This document shows positions 1-10,329 of a stretch of DNA of 64,000 nt, one piece after another. The position numbers were made by a program, and so were the translations under genes. A model generated the notes under the pieces. That model was not told the origin of the DNA and ran no database searches. It saw nothing but the letters and a program-made list of their open reading frames with translations. The stretch is from Clostridia bacterium (GTDB taxonomy: Bacteria > Bacillota > Clostridia > TANB77 > CAG-508). The stretch lies in contig JAZUKI010000003.1 of assembly GCA_045643205.1 (NCBI GenBank), positions 160,001 to 224,000 of the forward strand. Reading direction: 5' to 3'. The stretch's first letter is position 1, and every line of letters begins with the position of its first letter.

Positions 1-1262
1 TATTACTAAATTATGATAAAGACGACAGAGCAGCAATAATTGCTAAAAAATATAAAGATGCAAATGAAAAAATTGAAGCCATATGCATTAACTATTGGGA
101 AAACCCAGTTGAACTTGCAGAGTATGGAATAACAGATGATACAACACAAGTTATTATCGTGTATAGCCCATTGAGACAAAAACAAATTTATGCTTCAGAT
201 TTAACAACATACAATGCAATTAATTCTCAAGAAATGGATGTTACAGAACAAAAATTAACAAACAGTATTATGGATGTTGTTAAAGAACAAGTTCAAGAAG
301 TTTATTTCGTAACAGGAAATGGTGAGTACGGAATAAAAACAGAACAAGAAGGTTTTCTAAAGTTAGCAAAGAATATAGAAAACGAAGCATACAAAGTTGA
401 TTCAATTAATCTGGAATATGAAAACATTCCAAATACATGTAAAGTTCTTGTTTTTGCAAACCCAACAGTAGATTTTTCAGATAAAGAAACAGAAAAAATA
501 CAAAAATATATTAACAATGGTGGAAACATTTTATGGATGCAAGATCCATACAAACAAGCAAATGAAGATTATTCACCAGAAAAAATGAAGAATGTAAAAA
601 AGATTTTAGCTAATTATGGAATAGATTTTTCTGAAGGAGTAGTCTTAGAAGAATCAGATGAATATATGTATTATGGAGACAGAAGATATATAGTTCCAAT
701 GCTTTCATACAATGATATAATTAATGAAATTTATTCTGATGGTGGAGTAGTAGCATACTTATCAGGAAGAATAGAAAATGTTTCAAACGAAAAAATGAAA
801 GAACTTGGCGTTACATATGAAGCATTTATGAAATCAAGCGAAGAAAGCTATTACAAGAGTAATTATAATGGACTAGACACAAAATTAAATGAAGATGAAA
901 CAGGATCATATAGAATTGGCGAAATTCTAACAAAGAAAATGGGAGAAAAGAAGTCTGTTATGATTGCATATTCTAGTGCATATTCATTCTCAAATTATTC
1001 AACAAAAATAGTTGTAAACGAAAATGAAAGAGCAGTAATGCCATTAGGATTAAAAAATAACAAAGAGTTAATTCTAAATTCAGTTGCATTTTTAACAGGA
1101 GAACAAGACGAAATCAGAACAAGAAAAGCAACAACAGGCATTATGTTTGATAAAGTACCAGATTCTTCTATAAATTTAGTATTTACTATATGTATGGGAG
1201 CTCCAGTTTTAATTGTTATAGCCGGAATAGTTGTAACAATAGTTAGAAAAAAGAGAAGATAA
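1..1262 (+). CDS. GldG/ABC-type uncharacterized transport auxiliary protein (5' partial)
   Basis: Frame is open from position 3, upstream of the GTG at 159; motifs VYFVTGNGE, P..DFS..E...I..YI.NGG; C-terminal TM ending RKKRR. Confidence 0.75.
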   Translation, partial: LLNYDKDDRAAIIAKKYKDANEKIEAICINYWENPVELAEYGITDDTTQVIIVYSPLRQKQIYASDLTTYNAINSQEMDVTEQKLTNSIMDVVKEQVQEVYFVTGNGEYGIKTEQEGFLKLAKNIENEAYKVDSINLEYENIPNTCKVLVFANPTVDFSDKETEKIQKYINNGGNILWMQDPYKQANEDYSPEKMKNVKKILANYGIDFSEGVVLEESDEYMYYGDRRYIVPMLSYNDIINEIYSDGGVVAYLSGRIENVSNEKMKELGVTYEAFMKSSEESYYKSNYNGLDTKLNEDETGSYRIGEILTKKMGEKKSVMIAYSSAYSFSNYSTKIVVNENERAVMPLGLKNNKELILNSVAFLTGEQDEIRTRKATTGIMFDKVPDSSINLVFTICMGAPVLIVIAGIVVTIVRKKRR

Positions 1263-1422
1263 CTAAGTGAAATAAGTGGATTAAGCACTGCTCATTTCAC
1301 AAAACACAGAAAAAATCATATTGAAAAGCAAATATATTTATACTAAAATATTAATGATGAAAATATTAATAATAAAAATATAAATACAAATAATGAAAAC
1401 GTAAAGATAATAAAGGATAATA

Positions 1423-2553
1423 ATGAAGGATTTTAAGCAATTTAAGAAAAATTTAATAATTGCCGTAATAATTGTAGTTGTAGCTGTTGTTTCAGGTATA
1501 TACATTGGAAACCAAGATTCTAGAAATGCTATAAATAAAGCAATTTTTAGAAATGAAACATCACAAGAAGAATGTCCTGAAATTGTTTTAGAAAATGCTA
1601 AAAACTCTGCTATTTATGCTTATGGAAACAAAATAGCTATAATAGAAGAAAACAATTTAAACATATACAATCAAGAAGGAAAAAAAGAAAAATCAATTGA
1701 AGTAGCATTAAATCAACCAAAAGCTTCAACTGCTGGAAACTATCTTCTTCTTGGAGATTCAAACGGATCAAATATTTATTTAATTCAAAATACAGATTTA
1801 AAATGGACAAAGACAATTGAAGGACATGTTTCTATTGCTTCAGTTAATTCATCTGGAATGGTAGGAATTTCAATGTCAGAGACAACTTACAAATCTGTAA
1901 TTATAATGTACGACAATAATGGAAAAGAATTGTTTAGAAACTTCTTATCTAAAACAACAGTAACAAGTTTAGACATTTCAAACGATGGAAAATATTTAAG
2001 TTTCATTGATGTTGAAACGCCAGGTATGTCTGTTGTTTCAAGAGTAAAAACAATCTCAGTAGATAAAGCAAAAAAAGAACCTGAAAATGCAATAATTCAT
2101 ACTTACGAAACAAAAGATAATGTTTTAGTTATTGAAATAAAGCATGATGAAGAAAAAGTAATTGTTTTCAAAGACAATGGAATATACATTTGCAAGAATG
2201 GTAACGAAGAAAAATTAACAGAGTTACCTGAAAATTCAGGATTTGCAGGAATTAATTTGAAAGATCACTGCTACAAGTTAGATGAAAATTCAAATGGAAG
2301 AAACAGCATTATAACAGTTTTCAATACTGATAATAAATCAGGTAGAACTTATGAAATCGAGGATGCTGTAATCAATATAGCTACTAGCAAAGATATGTTT
2401 GCGATAAACGTAGGTAGTAAAGTTTTATTTATAAACACAAGTACAAGACCAATAAAAAAATATATAACAAACAAAAACATTAGCAAAGTATTGTTAGGTG
2501 ACAACATTGCAGCGATAGTATACAAAGATACTATTTCAATAGTAAAAATATAG
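1423..2553 (+). CDS. Membrane-anchored beta-propeller protein (DUF5711-like)
   Basis: N-terminal TM, beta-rich repeats, located upstream of cvpA. Confidence 0.55.
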   Translation: MKDFKQFKKNLIIAVIIVVVAVVSGIYIGNQDSRNAINKAIFRNETSQEECPEIVLENAKNSAIYAYGNKIAIIEENNLNIYNQEGKKEKSIEVALNQPKASTAGNYLLLGDSNGSNIYLIQNTDLKWTKTIEGHVSIASVNSSGMVGISMSETTYKSVIIMYDNNGKELFRNFLSKTTVTSLDISNDGKYLSFIDVETPGMSVVSRVKTISVDKAKKEPENAIIHTYETKDNVLVIEIKHDEEKVIVFKDNGIYICKNGNEEKLTELPENSGFAGINLKDHCYKLDENSNGRNSIITVFNTDNKSGRTYEIEDAVINIATSKDMFAINVGSKVLFINTSTRPIKKYITNKNISKVLLGDNIAAIVYKDTISIVKI

Positions 2554-2563
2554 GGGATAAAGA

Positions 2564-3400
2564 ATGATAGTTGATCTTATAATTGGAATAATCGTAATAT
2601 TATTTTTAATTATCGGCTACAAAAAAGGTTTGATATATTGCTTGATAAATCTTGCAACATTCATTGTTGCGATTGTTCTAGCATTTGTGCTATGCACACC
2701 TACAGCCGAATTAGTAAAGAACACTACTGACATTGATGAAAATATGAAATCATTTATAGTTTCACATATGCCAGGCGGTGAAGAAATTGATTTAAAAGCT
2801 AATGATCAATTACCAGATCCAATTAAAAATACAATAGATAGTTCAGTTACATCAATTAATGAAGCAAAAGAAAAAGCAATTGATGCAACAGCAACAGAAA
2901 TTACAAACAATGTTATAAAAGCAATATGCTTTGTTATAATATTTATAGTAGTAAAACTTTTAATGTGGATTTTAAAATTAGTATCAAAGATTTTTACAAA
3001 GATTCCAGTAATAGGACAAATAAACAGCTTAGGTGGAATGATTGTAGGAACTCTAGAAGGTTTAATAATAGTATATGTTATATTTGGAGTTATCTCACTT
3101 ATTTCACCAATGTTAACAAACACAGCTATAGTTGATAATATAAATAGTTCATTTTTTGGAAAAATGATGTATAATAACAATGTTGTTGTAAAATATATAT
3201 ACAATGGAACAAAGTTAGAAGATTCTTCAGAAGATAAAACTAATGAAAACAAAACTGAAGAAAATAATACTAATGAAAATAATGCGGAACAAAATAACAT
3301 CGATGAAACTAATAAAGTTAATGAAACATTAAACAAAACAAACAACGAAGAAAATAAAACAAATGAAAACAACGAAACAGATAACACTACTAAAGAGTAG
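2564..3400 (+). CDS. cvpA: CvpA family membrane protein with N/E/T-rich C-terminal tail
   Basis: DLII...GYKKGLI start, IN.LGG.I.G..EG motif, four TM segments. Confidence 0.8.
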   Translation: MIVDLIIGIIVILFLIIGYKKGLIYCLINLATFIVAIVLAFVLCTPTAELVKNTTDIDENMKSFIVSHMPGGEEIDLKANDQLPDPIKNTIDSSVTSINEAKEKAIDATATEITNNVIKAICFVIIFIVVKLLMWILKLVSKIFTKIPVIGQINSLGGMIVGTLEGLIIVYVIFGVISLISPMLTNTAIVDNINSSFFGKMMYNNNVVVKYIYNGTKLEDSSEDKTNENKTEENNTNENNAEQNNIDETNKVNETLNKTNNEENKTNENNETDNTTKE

Positions 3401-3439
3401 TATTGAATCTGAAAAAATAAATAATAGTAGGAGAATACT

Positions 3440-5068
3440 TTGGAAAAACAAGATAACGATTATGAAGAACTTCTTCATAAAATGGAAAATAAAATAAATA
3501 GAAAATCTAAGGGAGCAAGAAGATTCAAAGAAGACGAAGCTCTTAGAGATGTGAACACAGAAGTAAGAACAAGCGAAGACTATGAAGAATATTCTACTAA
3601 TTCAACTACTGAAGATGAAAAAGGATATCATAAATCTAGTAAAAAAGAAAAAAAGAGAAAACAAAAAGAAGAGAAAAAACTAGAAAAAGCAGAAAGAAAA
3701 GGCAAGAAAAAGAAAAGACATATAATAAGAAAAATCTTTTTAACACTTTTTATATTATTACTAATAGCAATCATAGTATTTGTAATATTCATAATTAAAA
3801 ATGGTGGTGGATTAAAAGGAATTTTAACAACCATAGTTGGAAGTGATGCAGAACAAGTTAAAAATCTTGAAGACTTAACATTTTTGGCAGTAGGAAAAAG
3901 CCAAGAAATGACAGATACAATTATGATTATGAAATATAGTCCTAAGAAACAAACACTTTCTATGGTATCAGTACAAAGAGATACATATACAGGAAGTAAT
4001 GATGCAACAGCAACACCAAGTGACAAAATTAATGCAAAATATCCAATAGGTGGAATACAAGCATTAATTAGATCAGTTAATAGTTTAACAGGACTAAACT
4101 TAAAGAAATATGTAGTAGTTGATACAAAAGCTTTAAGAGACTTAGTTGATGCAATCGGTGGAGTTGATTTTGATGTACCAATTGATATGGACTATGATGA
4201 TTGCACACAAAATCTTGCAATACACGTAAAAGCAGGAATGCAACATTTAAATGGAGAACAAGCTGAAGGTGTAGTTAGATTTAGACATAATAATAACGGA
4301 ACATCTTATCCAATATCATATGGAGACAATGATTTTGGTAGAATGAAAACACAAAGAGCATTCATTATGGCAACAATTAAACAAACAGCAAATCTTAAAA
4401 ATGCATTTAAAATTGGTGACATTATGAAGATAATAGAAGAACAAGTTGAAACAAACATGGAATGGGATGAAATTAAAAATTATTTAGTTGCAGCTTTAGA
4501 CTTTAATACAGAAAATATTAGATCAACAACATTACCTGGTTCAACAGGTTCAAGAAATGGTTATTCATTCTTCTTTGCATACAAAAGTGAAGCAAAGAAA
4601 GTTATCCAAGAATATTTCTTAGAAAGCGTTGTAGTAAATGAAAAAACAGAAAACACTGATGGAAATAACGTAGATGAAAATACAATCAATGAAACTAATA
4701 CAACTAATGTAACAAACACAACTAGTAAAACAGGCAAAAATAACATAGTAGATGTTGAAAAAAATCAAACAGCAGTATCTACAATAGAAACATCAAAACC
4801 AAATTCTCAAGTTAAAATTAACTTAGTAAATGGAACAGGGGAAACAACAAGATTTAATGCTGCAGTTAATCAATTAGTTAATGCAGGATACAAAGTTACT
4901 AGAGGTGGAAAAACAAACTTCACAGAGAAGACAATAATAATAGATAGAAACAATAATGCAGATGACGTAGATAATCATTTAAGTTCAACTCTATGTACAG
5001 GAATAATTCAAAATTCACCAAAAGATAACGGATATGATTATACAATAATAATAGGAAATGATTATTAA
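3440..5068 (+). CDS. LCP (LytR-CpsA-Psr) family protein with LytR C-terminal domain
   Basis: TDTIM, S.QRDT, KINA, LNGEQA...VRFR, D.GR...QR motifs; C-terminal VNGTG...IIIGNDY. Confidence 0.9.
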   Translation: MEKQDNDYEELLHKMENKINRKSKGARRFKEDEALRDVNTEVRTSEDYEEYSTNSTTEDEKGYHKSSKKEKKRKQKEEKKLEKAERKGKKKKRHIIRKIFLTLFILLLIAIIVFVIFIIKNGGGLKGILTTIVGSDAEQVKNLEDLTFLAVGKSQEMTDTIMIMKYSPKKQTLSMVSVQRDTYTGSNDATATPSDKINAKYPIGGIQALIRSVNSLTGLNLKKYVVVDTKALRDLVDAIGGVDFDVPIDMDYDDCTQNLAIHVKAGMQHLNGEQAEGVVRFRHNNNGTSYPISYGDNDFGRMKTQRAFIMATIKQTANLKNAFKIGDIMKIIEEQVETNMEWDEIKNYLVAALDFNTENIRSTTLPGSTGSRNGYSFFFAYKSEAKKVIQEYFLESVVVNEKTENTDGNNVDENTINETNTTNVTNTTSKTGKNNIVDVEKNQTAVSTIETSKPNSQVKINLVNGTGETTRFNAAVNQLVNAGYKVTRGGKTNFTEKTIIIDRNNNADDVDNHLSSTLCTGIIQNSPKDNGYDYTIIIGNDY

Positions 5069-5071
5069 TAT

Positions 5072-5105
5072 AAAAAAGTGGGGAACAATCCCCACTTTTG
5101 TTTTT
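5072..5105. terminator. Bidirectional intrinsic terminator
   Basis: aaaaaaGTGGGGA-acaa-TCCCCACtttt between convergent genes. Confidence 0.8.
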
Positions 5106-5113
5106 ATATAAAT

Positions 5114-6517
5114 TTATTCTTTTTTAAACTTCTTTTTCTCATGATGCGTAAATAATGAAATCAATCCAATTAGCAAAACACCAAAAACAACTGCAATTAA
5201 AACTAAATTAGAATTATCAACTTCAGTCACATCTTGATCAGCAATTAAATCAACTTTATAGCTTTGCCCATCAATAGTATAAGTAGCGTAACCGCAAACC
5301 TCACCTTTTTTTATTGGAGCAAATGATTTGTTAATAGTAACGTTTGGAGTAACATCTAAAACTTGATTATCTTTTAACAAAACAGAAACAGTATACTTAG
5401 CAATTAAGTTTAATGAGTTTTTACCAGTAGGCGCATTCATGACAAACAAGTTTCTAACAAATCCACCTTCTTTTACAAGAGGCATTGAATTAAAATGAGA
5501 AAAGCCATATTCAAACAATTTTTTGCAATCAGCTTCTCTACAAATATCAGCATCTTTCTTACTATATTTTATTCCGTGTAAAATAACACAAATTAAATTT
5601 CTATCATCTTTTTGAGCAGTAGCAACAATACAATTTCCAGCTGCGTTTGTAAATCCTGTTTTCAAACCATTAGCATATTCATAATATGTAGGAAGATCAG
5701 GCATCATCAAAAGATTTGTTCTTTCCATGACTCTTTTACTTCCTTTATATAATGAAGAATTTTCAAGAGTATAAGACTCTTTTGCAGCAAGAGATCTAAT
5801 ATAACTATCTCTATAAGCTACTTGTCCGATTATAGCAAGGTCTAAAGCAGTAGAATAATGATTTTCATCGTGAATACCATTTGGATTTATAAAATGAGTT
5901 CCAGTACAACCTAATGACTTAGCACGTTCATTCATCAATTCTGAAAACTTAGCTATATTTAATTTAAATTCTATTTCTGCCTCAGAAGAACTATCTGTTT
6001 TAAAATCATTACCACCAGCACCAACATATTGCGCCAAAACAAAAGCAGCATCATTAGCTGAAGCGACCAACAACATATTCATAAGTTGTTCAACAGTAAA
6101 AACTTCACCGGGAACAATTTTAGCTACTTGATATGAATATGGAACTGATTTTACAGCAAAATGACTTACTGTAACTTCAGCAGACAAATCTTTGCAAGTT
6201 TCTAATACAACAATTGCTGTTAACAATTTAGTTGTACTTGCAGGAAACATTTTTTGTGTTGAATTCTTTTCATACAAAATCTTTGAAGCATCAGCATCAA
6301 TTAAAATTGCAGCATCAGAATTAATTTTCGGAACATCAACATTTTGCGTTACTTGCGCAACTGAAAAAGGATTAGAACTTTGCTCTAGTTTCGAATAACT
6401 AGAAACATCAACAACATTTGCTGTTTCTTCTGCATAAGAATTTATTGGAACTGCTAGGGAATAAATATTAAAAACAAAAACAAAAGACAGTAATAATGTA
6501 AATATTTTATTTTTCAA
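5114..6517 (-). CDS. D-alanyl-D-alanine carboxypeptidase (peptidase S11)
   Basis: PASTTK (SxxK), SAND (SxN) and KTG motifs; signal peptide and C-terminal TM. Confidence 0.92.
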   Translation of the reverse strand: MKNKIFTLLLSFVFVFNIYSLAVPINSYAEETANVVDVSSYSKLEQSSNPFSVAQVTQNVDVPKINSDAAILIDADASKILYEKNSTQKMFPASTTKLLTAIVVLETCKDLSAEVTVSHFAVKSVPYSYQVAKIVPGEVFTVEQLMNMLLVASANDAAFVLAQYVGAGGNDFKTDSSSEAEIEFKLNIAKFSELMNERAKSLGCTGTHFINPNGIHDENHYSTALDLAIIGQVAYRDSYIRSLAAKESYTLENSSLYKGSKRVMERTNLLMMPDLPTYYEYANGLKTGFTNAAGNCIVATAQKDDRNLICVILHGIKYSKKDADICREADCKKLFEYGFSHFNSMPLVKEGGFVRNLFVMNAPTGKNSLNLIAKYTVSVLLKDNQVLDVTPNVTINKSFAPIKKGEVCGYATYTIDGQSYKVDLIADQDVTEVDNSNLVLIAVVFGVLLIGLISLFTHHEKKKFKKE

Positions 6518-6595
6518 ATTTATCTCCTAAAATAGTCTGTTAACACAAACAATATTTTAACAAGGATGCATAAATAAATCAAGAAAGGACTTTAT

Positions 6596-7432
6596 ATGAT
6601 ACAAAAAATCAACTCATTTATAAAAAAACTAAATAAAACACAAAAGATAATTTTAATTATTATTGCAATAATAATTATTGGAGCGGCATTATTTTTATTT
6701 TACCAATATTTAAGCAACGAAGAAATAGAAAGTTCAAACCAAATTCAACAAAACAACAATTCAATTTCTAATAAGGAAAACAAACAAAACGATAAAGAAA
6801 ATTCAGAAATGACAGAAAGTTCAAACAATAAACAAAACTCAAATACAATAGAAAACAAAGAGACAAAAAATAAAGAAGCAGAAAATGAAATTGAAGACTA
6901 CAATACACAAGATGATTTTATAGATGAAAATTCGTCATCATTGTTTGGAACAAAACAATTAAGTAATATTGTTGTGCATGTAATAGGCGAAGTAAAGAAA
7001 CCTGGAGTTATTAAATTGAAAGAAGGATCAAGAATAATAGATGCAATTAATAAATGCGGAGGACAAACTGAAGATGCAGATTTATCAAAAATAAATTTAG
7101 CATATGTATTAGATGATGGTTCACAAATTTATATTCCATGCGTTAAAGATGATGTACAAAACACAACTATAATGAAAACAGAAGCAGGAAATAATATTGT
7201 GGTAAATAATGTAATACAAAGTGACGATGAAAAAAGTATTAAAGTAAATTTAAATACTGCAACATTAGAGAAACTTATAACACTTCCAGGAGTAGGAGAA
7301 TCAACAGCACAAAAAATAATTGAATATAGAAATAAAAATAAAAAATTTAAAACGATTGATGAATTAAAAAATATATCAGGCATAGGTGAAGAAAAATTTA
7401 ATTCATTGAAAGAGTATGTGTATATAAAATAA
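6596..7432 (+). CDS. comEA: ComEA competence DNA-binding protein
   Basis: N-terminal TM, SLBB domain (VHVIGEVKKPGV), HhH motifs LPGVGES and ISGIGE. Confidence 0.9.
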   Translation: MIQKINSFIKKLNKTQKIILIIIAIIIIGAALFLFYQYLSNEEIESSNQIQQNNNSISNKENKQNDKENSEMTESSNNKQNSNTIENKETKNKEAENEIEDYNTQDDFIDENSSSLFGTKQLSNIVVHVIGEVKKPGVIKLKEGSRIIDAINKCGGQTEDADLSKINLAYVLDDGSQIYIPCVKDDVQNTTIMKTEAGNNIVVNNVIQSDDEKSIKVNLNTATLEKLITLPGVGESTAQKIIEYRNKNKKFKTIDELKNISGIGEEKFNSLKEYVYIK

Positions 7433-7715
7433 AAAAGTATTGAAAAAATAATTTAATTAGATTATAATTTTATTATAGTTGAAAAGAACAAAAGAAAAAT
7501 TAAAAACACAAAAGAAGTCAAAAAATGAGAAATACTCGAAACGGCTGAAAATAGTACGTTAGAAGAAATCATATTTGATTAGTTAGTGGGCTAACTATTT
7601 TGTAAAAACTATTTTGTTCTTTACAAGATTTTAAATTTCAAATATGAATTTAAAAGCAAAAGATACAGCAGAGACTTACACCATGAAAAACTGTTCGGGA
7701 AAGGAGGATCTGAAA

Positions 7716-8006
7716 ATGGCAATCAAGAAAACTGTAAAGAAAGTAGCAGCTAAGAAACCAGCTGCAAAGAAAGTAGCAGCTAAGAAACCAGTTGCAAAGA
7801 AAGCAGTAGCTAAGAAACCAGCAGCTAAGAAAGTTGTTAAGAAAGCAGTAGCTAAGAAACCAGCTGCAAAGAAACCAGCAGCTAAGAAAGTTGTTAAAAA
7901 AGTAGCAGCTAAGAAACCAGTTGCAAAGAAAGTAGCAGCTAAGAAACCTGTTAAAAAGGTAGCAGCTAAGAAACCAGCAGCTAAAAAAGTAGCTAAAAAG
8001 AAATAA
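7716..8006 (+). CDS. Histone H1-like Lys/Ala/Pro/Val-repeat DNA-binding protein
   Basis: AAGGAGG RBS before ATG at 7716; repeated AAKKP/VAAKK pentapeptides. Confidence 0.8.
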   Translation: MAIKKTVKKVAAKKPAAKKVAAKKPVAKKAVAKKPAAKKVVKKAVAKKPAAKKPAAKKVVKKVAAKKPVAKKVAAKKPVKKVAAKKPAAKKVAKKK

Positions 8007-8035
8007 TTAATTTAATAAGTAAATTATTAATTAGA

Positions 8036-8093
8036 ATATAGTTAGTCGCTTGACTAACTATATTTTTTTGCGTATAATAGTTAGCATGCTAAC
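8036..8093 (+). promoter_or_regulatory. Terminator hairpin overlapping the marR promoter, plus a palindromic operator
   Basis: ATATAGTTAGTC-gctt-GACTAACTATAT with T-run; TTGACT(8050)-17-TATAAT(8073); GTTAGCATGCTAAC at 8080-8093. Confidence 0.7.
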
Positions 8094-8119
8094 AATACGG
8101 AAAGAGAGGAAAATAACAG

Positions 8120-8584
8120 ATGAAGAACAGTGAAAAATCTATATCAGTCGAAATTAAGAAATTTGATGTAGAAATAGGAAGATACCTATTTGAATTAAAC
8201 AAAGACAGTAAACAACCAAGTCCACTTCAAGGAAGAATAATTCAATATCTAAGCAAACATGATGGTGAAGATGTTTATCAAAAAGACTTGGAAGAACATT
8301 GTGAAGTAAGTAAAGCTACAATGTCACAAACTTTAGATGCTCTAGAGTATGAAAAAATGATTATTAGAAAAGCTGACAAGAATGACGCAAGAAGAAAAAG
8401 AATTGTTTTAACAAAGAAGAGCAAAGATAAAGTTAAAGAGATTAGCAAAGTATTTGCTTCATTAGATAAAAAAATCACAGAAGGAATTAGTGAAAAAGAA
8501 GCAACAGCATTTTTAAATACAATTGAAAAAATGAAAGCTAATCTTTCAAAAATTCCTAATAAAAAGAAAAACGGAGGTAAATAA
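8120..8584 (+). CDS. MarR family transcriptional regulator
   Basis: QKDLE...VSKATMS..L..LE...I.R.....DARRKRIVLT winged HTH. Confidence 0.92.
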   Translation: MKNSEKSISVEIKKFDVEIGRYLFELNKDSKQPSPLQGRIIQYLSKHDGEDVYQKDLEEHCEVSKATMSQTLDALEYEKMIIRKADKNDARRKRIVLTKKSKDKVKEISKVFASLDKKITEGISEKEATAFLNTIEKMKANLSKIPNKKKNGGK

Positions 8585-10329
8585 TGGGCTTAATTAGAAA
8601 GCTAGCAAAGTCAGTTAGAGAGTTCAAAAAATATGCTATTCTTTCGCCTATAGCAATTGCAGGAGAGTCTTTATTAGAAACAGCAATACCATACATAATA
8701 GCTATATTACTTAAAGGTGTCGAAGGCGGCAACATGGAAACAGTATGGAAAATTGCTTTAGTATTATTAGGACTTGCATTCCTATCATTAGCGTGTGCAT
8801 CTGTAGCAAGTATATCAGCTGCCAAAGCTTCTGCAGGTTTTGCAAAAAACTTAAGAAAAGACTTATATTATAAAATTCAATCATTTTCATTTGCAAACAT
8901 TGATAAATTTTCAACAAGTAGTTTAATAACAAGATTAACTACAGACGTTACATATATTCAATCAGCATTCCAAATGATAATTAGAGGTGCAGTAAGAGCA
9001 CCATTTATGTTTATATCAGCTCTTATATTTGCATTACAAATCAATGCAAAATTAGCATTAATATTTGTAGTAGTATTACCACTATTAGTACTTGCATTAC
9101 TTATAATGGCTAAATTTGCACTTCCAATAATACAAAGAGTATTTAAAAGATATGACAAATTAAACAATGTTGTTGAAGAAAATGTTTCATCAATTAGAGT
9201 TGTAAAATCATTTGCTTCTGAAGATCAAGAAAAAAAGAAATTTGCAGATGCATCTCAAGCCATCTTCAAAGATTTTTCAAAAGTAGAAAAAATCACAGCA
9301 GGATTATCACCAATTATGCAATCAGCAATTTATATTACTATGATATTAATTTGTTGGTTTGGTGCAAACATAATTGTTCAAACAAATGCAACAGAATTAG
9401 ATGCAACTCAATTAATGACAATGCTTACATACTCAATTCAAATCTTAACAAGTTTAATGATGTTCTCATTAATGTTTGTTATGATTATCATGTCAGAAGC
9501 ATCAGCAAAGAGAGTTGTTGAAATTTTAGATGAACAACCAGACATTACAGTTCCAGAAAATCCAGTTAAAGAAGTTTTAGATGGATCAATTGATTTTGAA
9601 AACGTTTCATTCAGTTACGTTAAAGATAAGAACAAAGAATGTTTAAAAGATATCGATTTACACATTAAGTCAGGCGAAACAATTGGTATCATTGGCGGCA
9701 CAGGTACAGGAAAATCAACATTAGTAAACTTAATTTCAAGACTATATGATATTACAGAAGGAAGTTTAAAGGTTGGTGGAGTAGAAGTTAAAAATTACAA
9801 CATAAAAGCATTAAGAGATGCTGTTTCAGTTGTTCTTCAAAAGAATGTTTTATTCACAGGAACAATCACTGAAAATATTAAATGGGGAGATAAAGATGCA
9901 ACTCAAGAAGAAGTTGAAAGAGTCTGTAAATTAGCTCAGGCTGATAGTTTCATCCAAAAATTCCCTGATCAATACAACACATTAATTGAAGAAGGCGGAA
10001 GCAATGTTAGTGGTGGTCAAAAGCAAAGACTATGTATTGCAAGAGCACTTTTAAAGAAACCTAAGATTCTTATTTTAGATGATTCAACAAGTGCAGTTGA
10101 TACAAAAACTGATAGATTGATTCAAGACGCTTTAAAAAATGAAATACCAGAAACAACAAAAATTATTATCGCTCAAAGAATTTCATCAGTTGAAGATTGC
10201 GACAGAATTATCGTAATGGATGATGGAAAAATTGACGGAATTGGTACTCACGACGAGCTTGTTAAGAACAACAAGATTTATCGTGAAGTATATGAATCTC
10301 AAATGAAGGGAAGTGATATCGATGAGTAA
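8584..10329 (+). CDS. ABC exporter fused permease/ATPase, degenerate-site subunit
   Basis: 6 TM, GGTGTGKS, SGGQKQR, ILDD (E to D) and AQR (H to Q). Confidence 0.93.
   Translation: MGLIRKLAKSVREFKKYAILSPIAIAGESLLETAIPYIIAILLKGVEGGNMETVWKIALVLLGLAFLSLACASVASISAAKASAGFAKNLRKDLYYKIQSFSFANIDKFSTSSLITRLTTDVTYIQSAFQMIIRGAVRAPFMFISALIFALQINAKLALIFVVVLPLLVLALLIMAKFALPIIQRVFKRYDKLNNVVEENVSSIRVVKSFASEDQEKKKFADASQAIFKDFSKVEKITAGLSPIMQSAIYITMILICWFGANIIVQTNATELDATQLMTMLTYSIQILTSLMMFSLMFVMIIMSEASAKRVVEILDEQPDITVPENPVKEVLDGSIDFENVSFSYVKDKNKECLKDIDLHIKSGETIGIIGGTGTGKSTLVNLISRLYDITEGSLKVGGVEVKNYNIKALRDAVSVVLQKNVLFTGTITENIKWGDKDATQEEVERVCKLAQADSFIQKFPDQYNTLIEEGGSNVSGGQKQRLCIARALLKKPKILILDDSTSAVDTKTDRLIQDALKNEIPETTKIIIAQRISSVEDCDRIIVMDDGKIDGIGTHDELVKNNKIYREVYESQMKGSDIDE

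Noticed and set aside
2806-3387. Hydrophobic antisense ORFs here and at 3628, 20730, 57890, 59425 and 60280
   Set aside because: Shadows of A-rich + strand genes; the apparent hydrophobicity comes from T-rich codons
7470-7715. Riboswitch in the leader of the H1-like gene
   Set aside because: No recognisable aptamer consensus or expression platform
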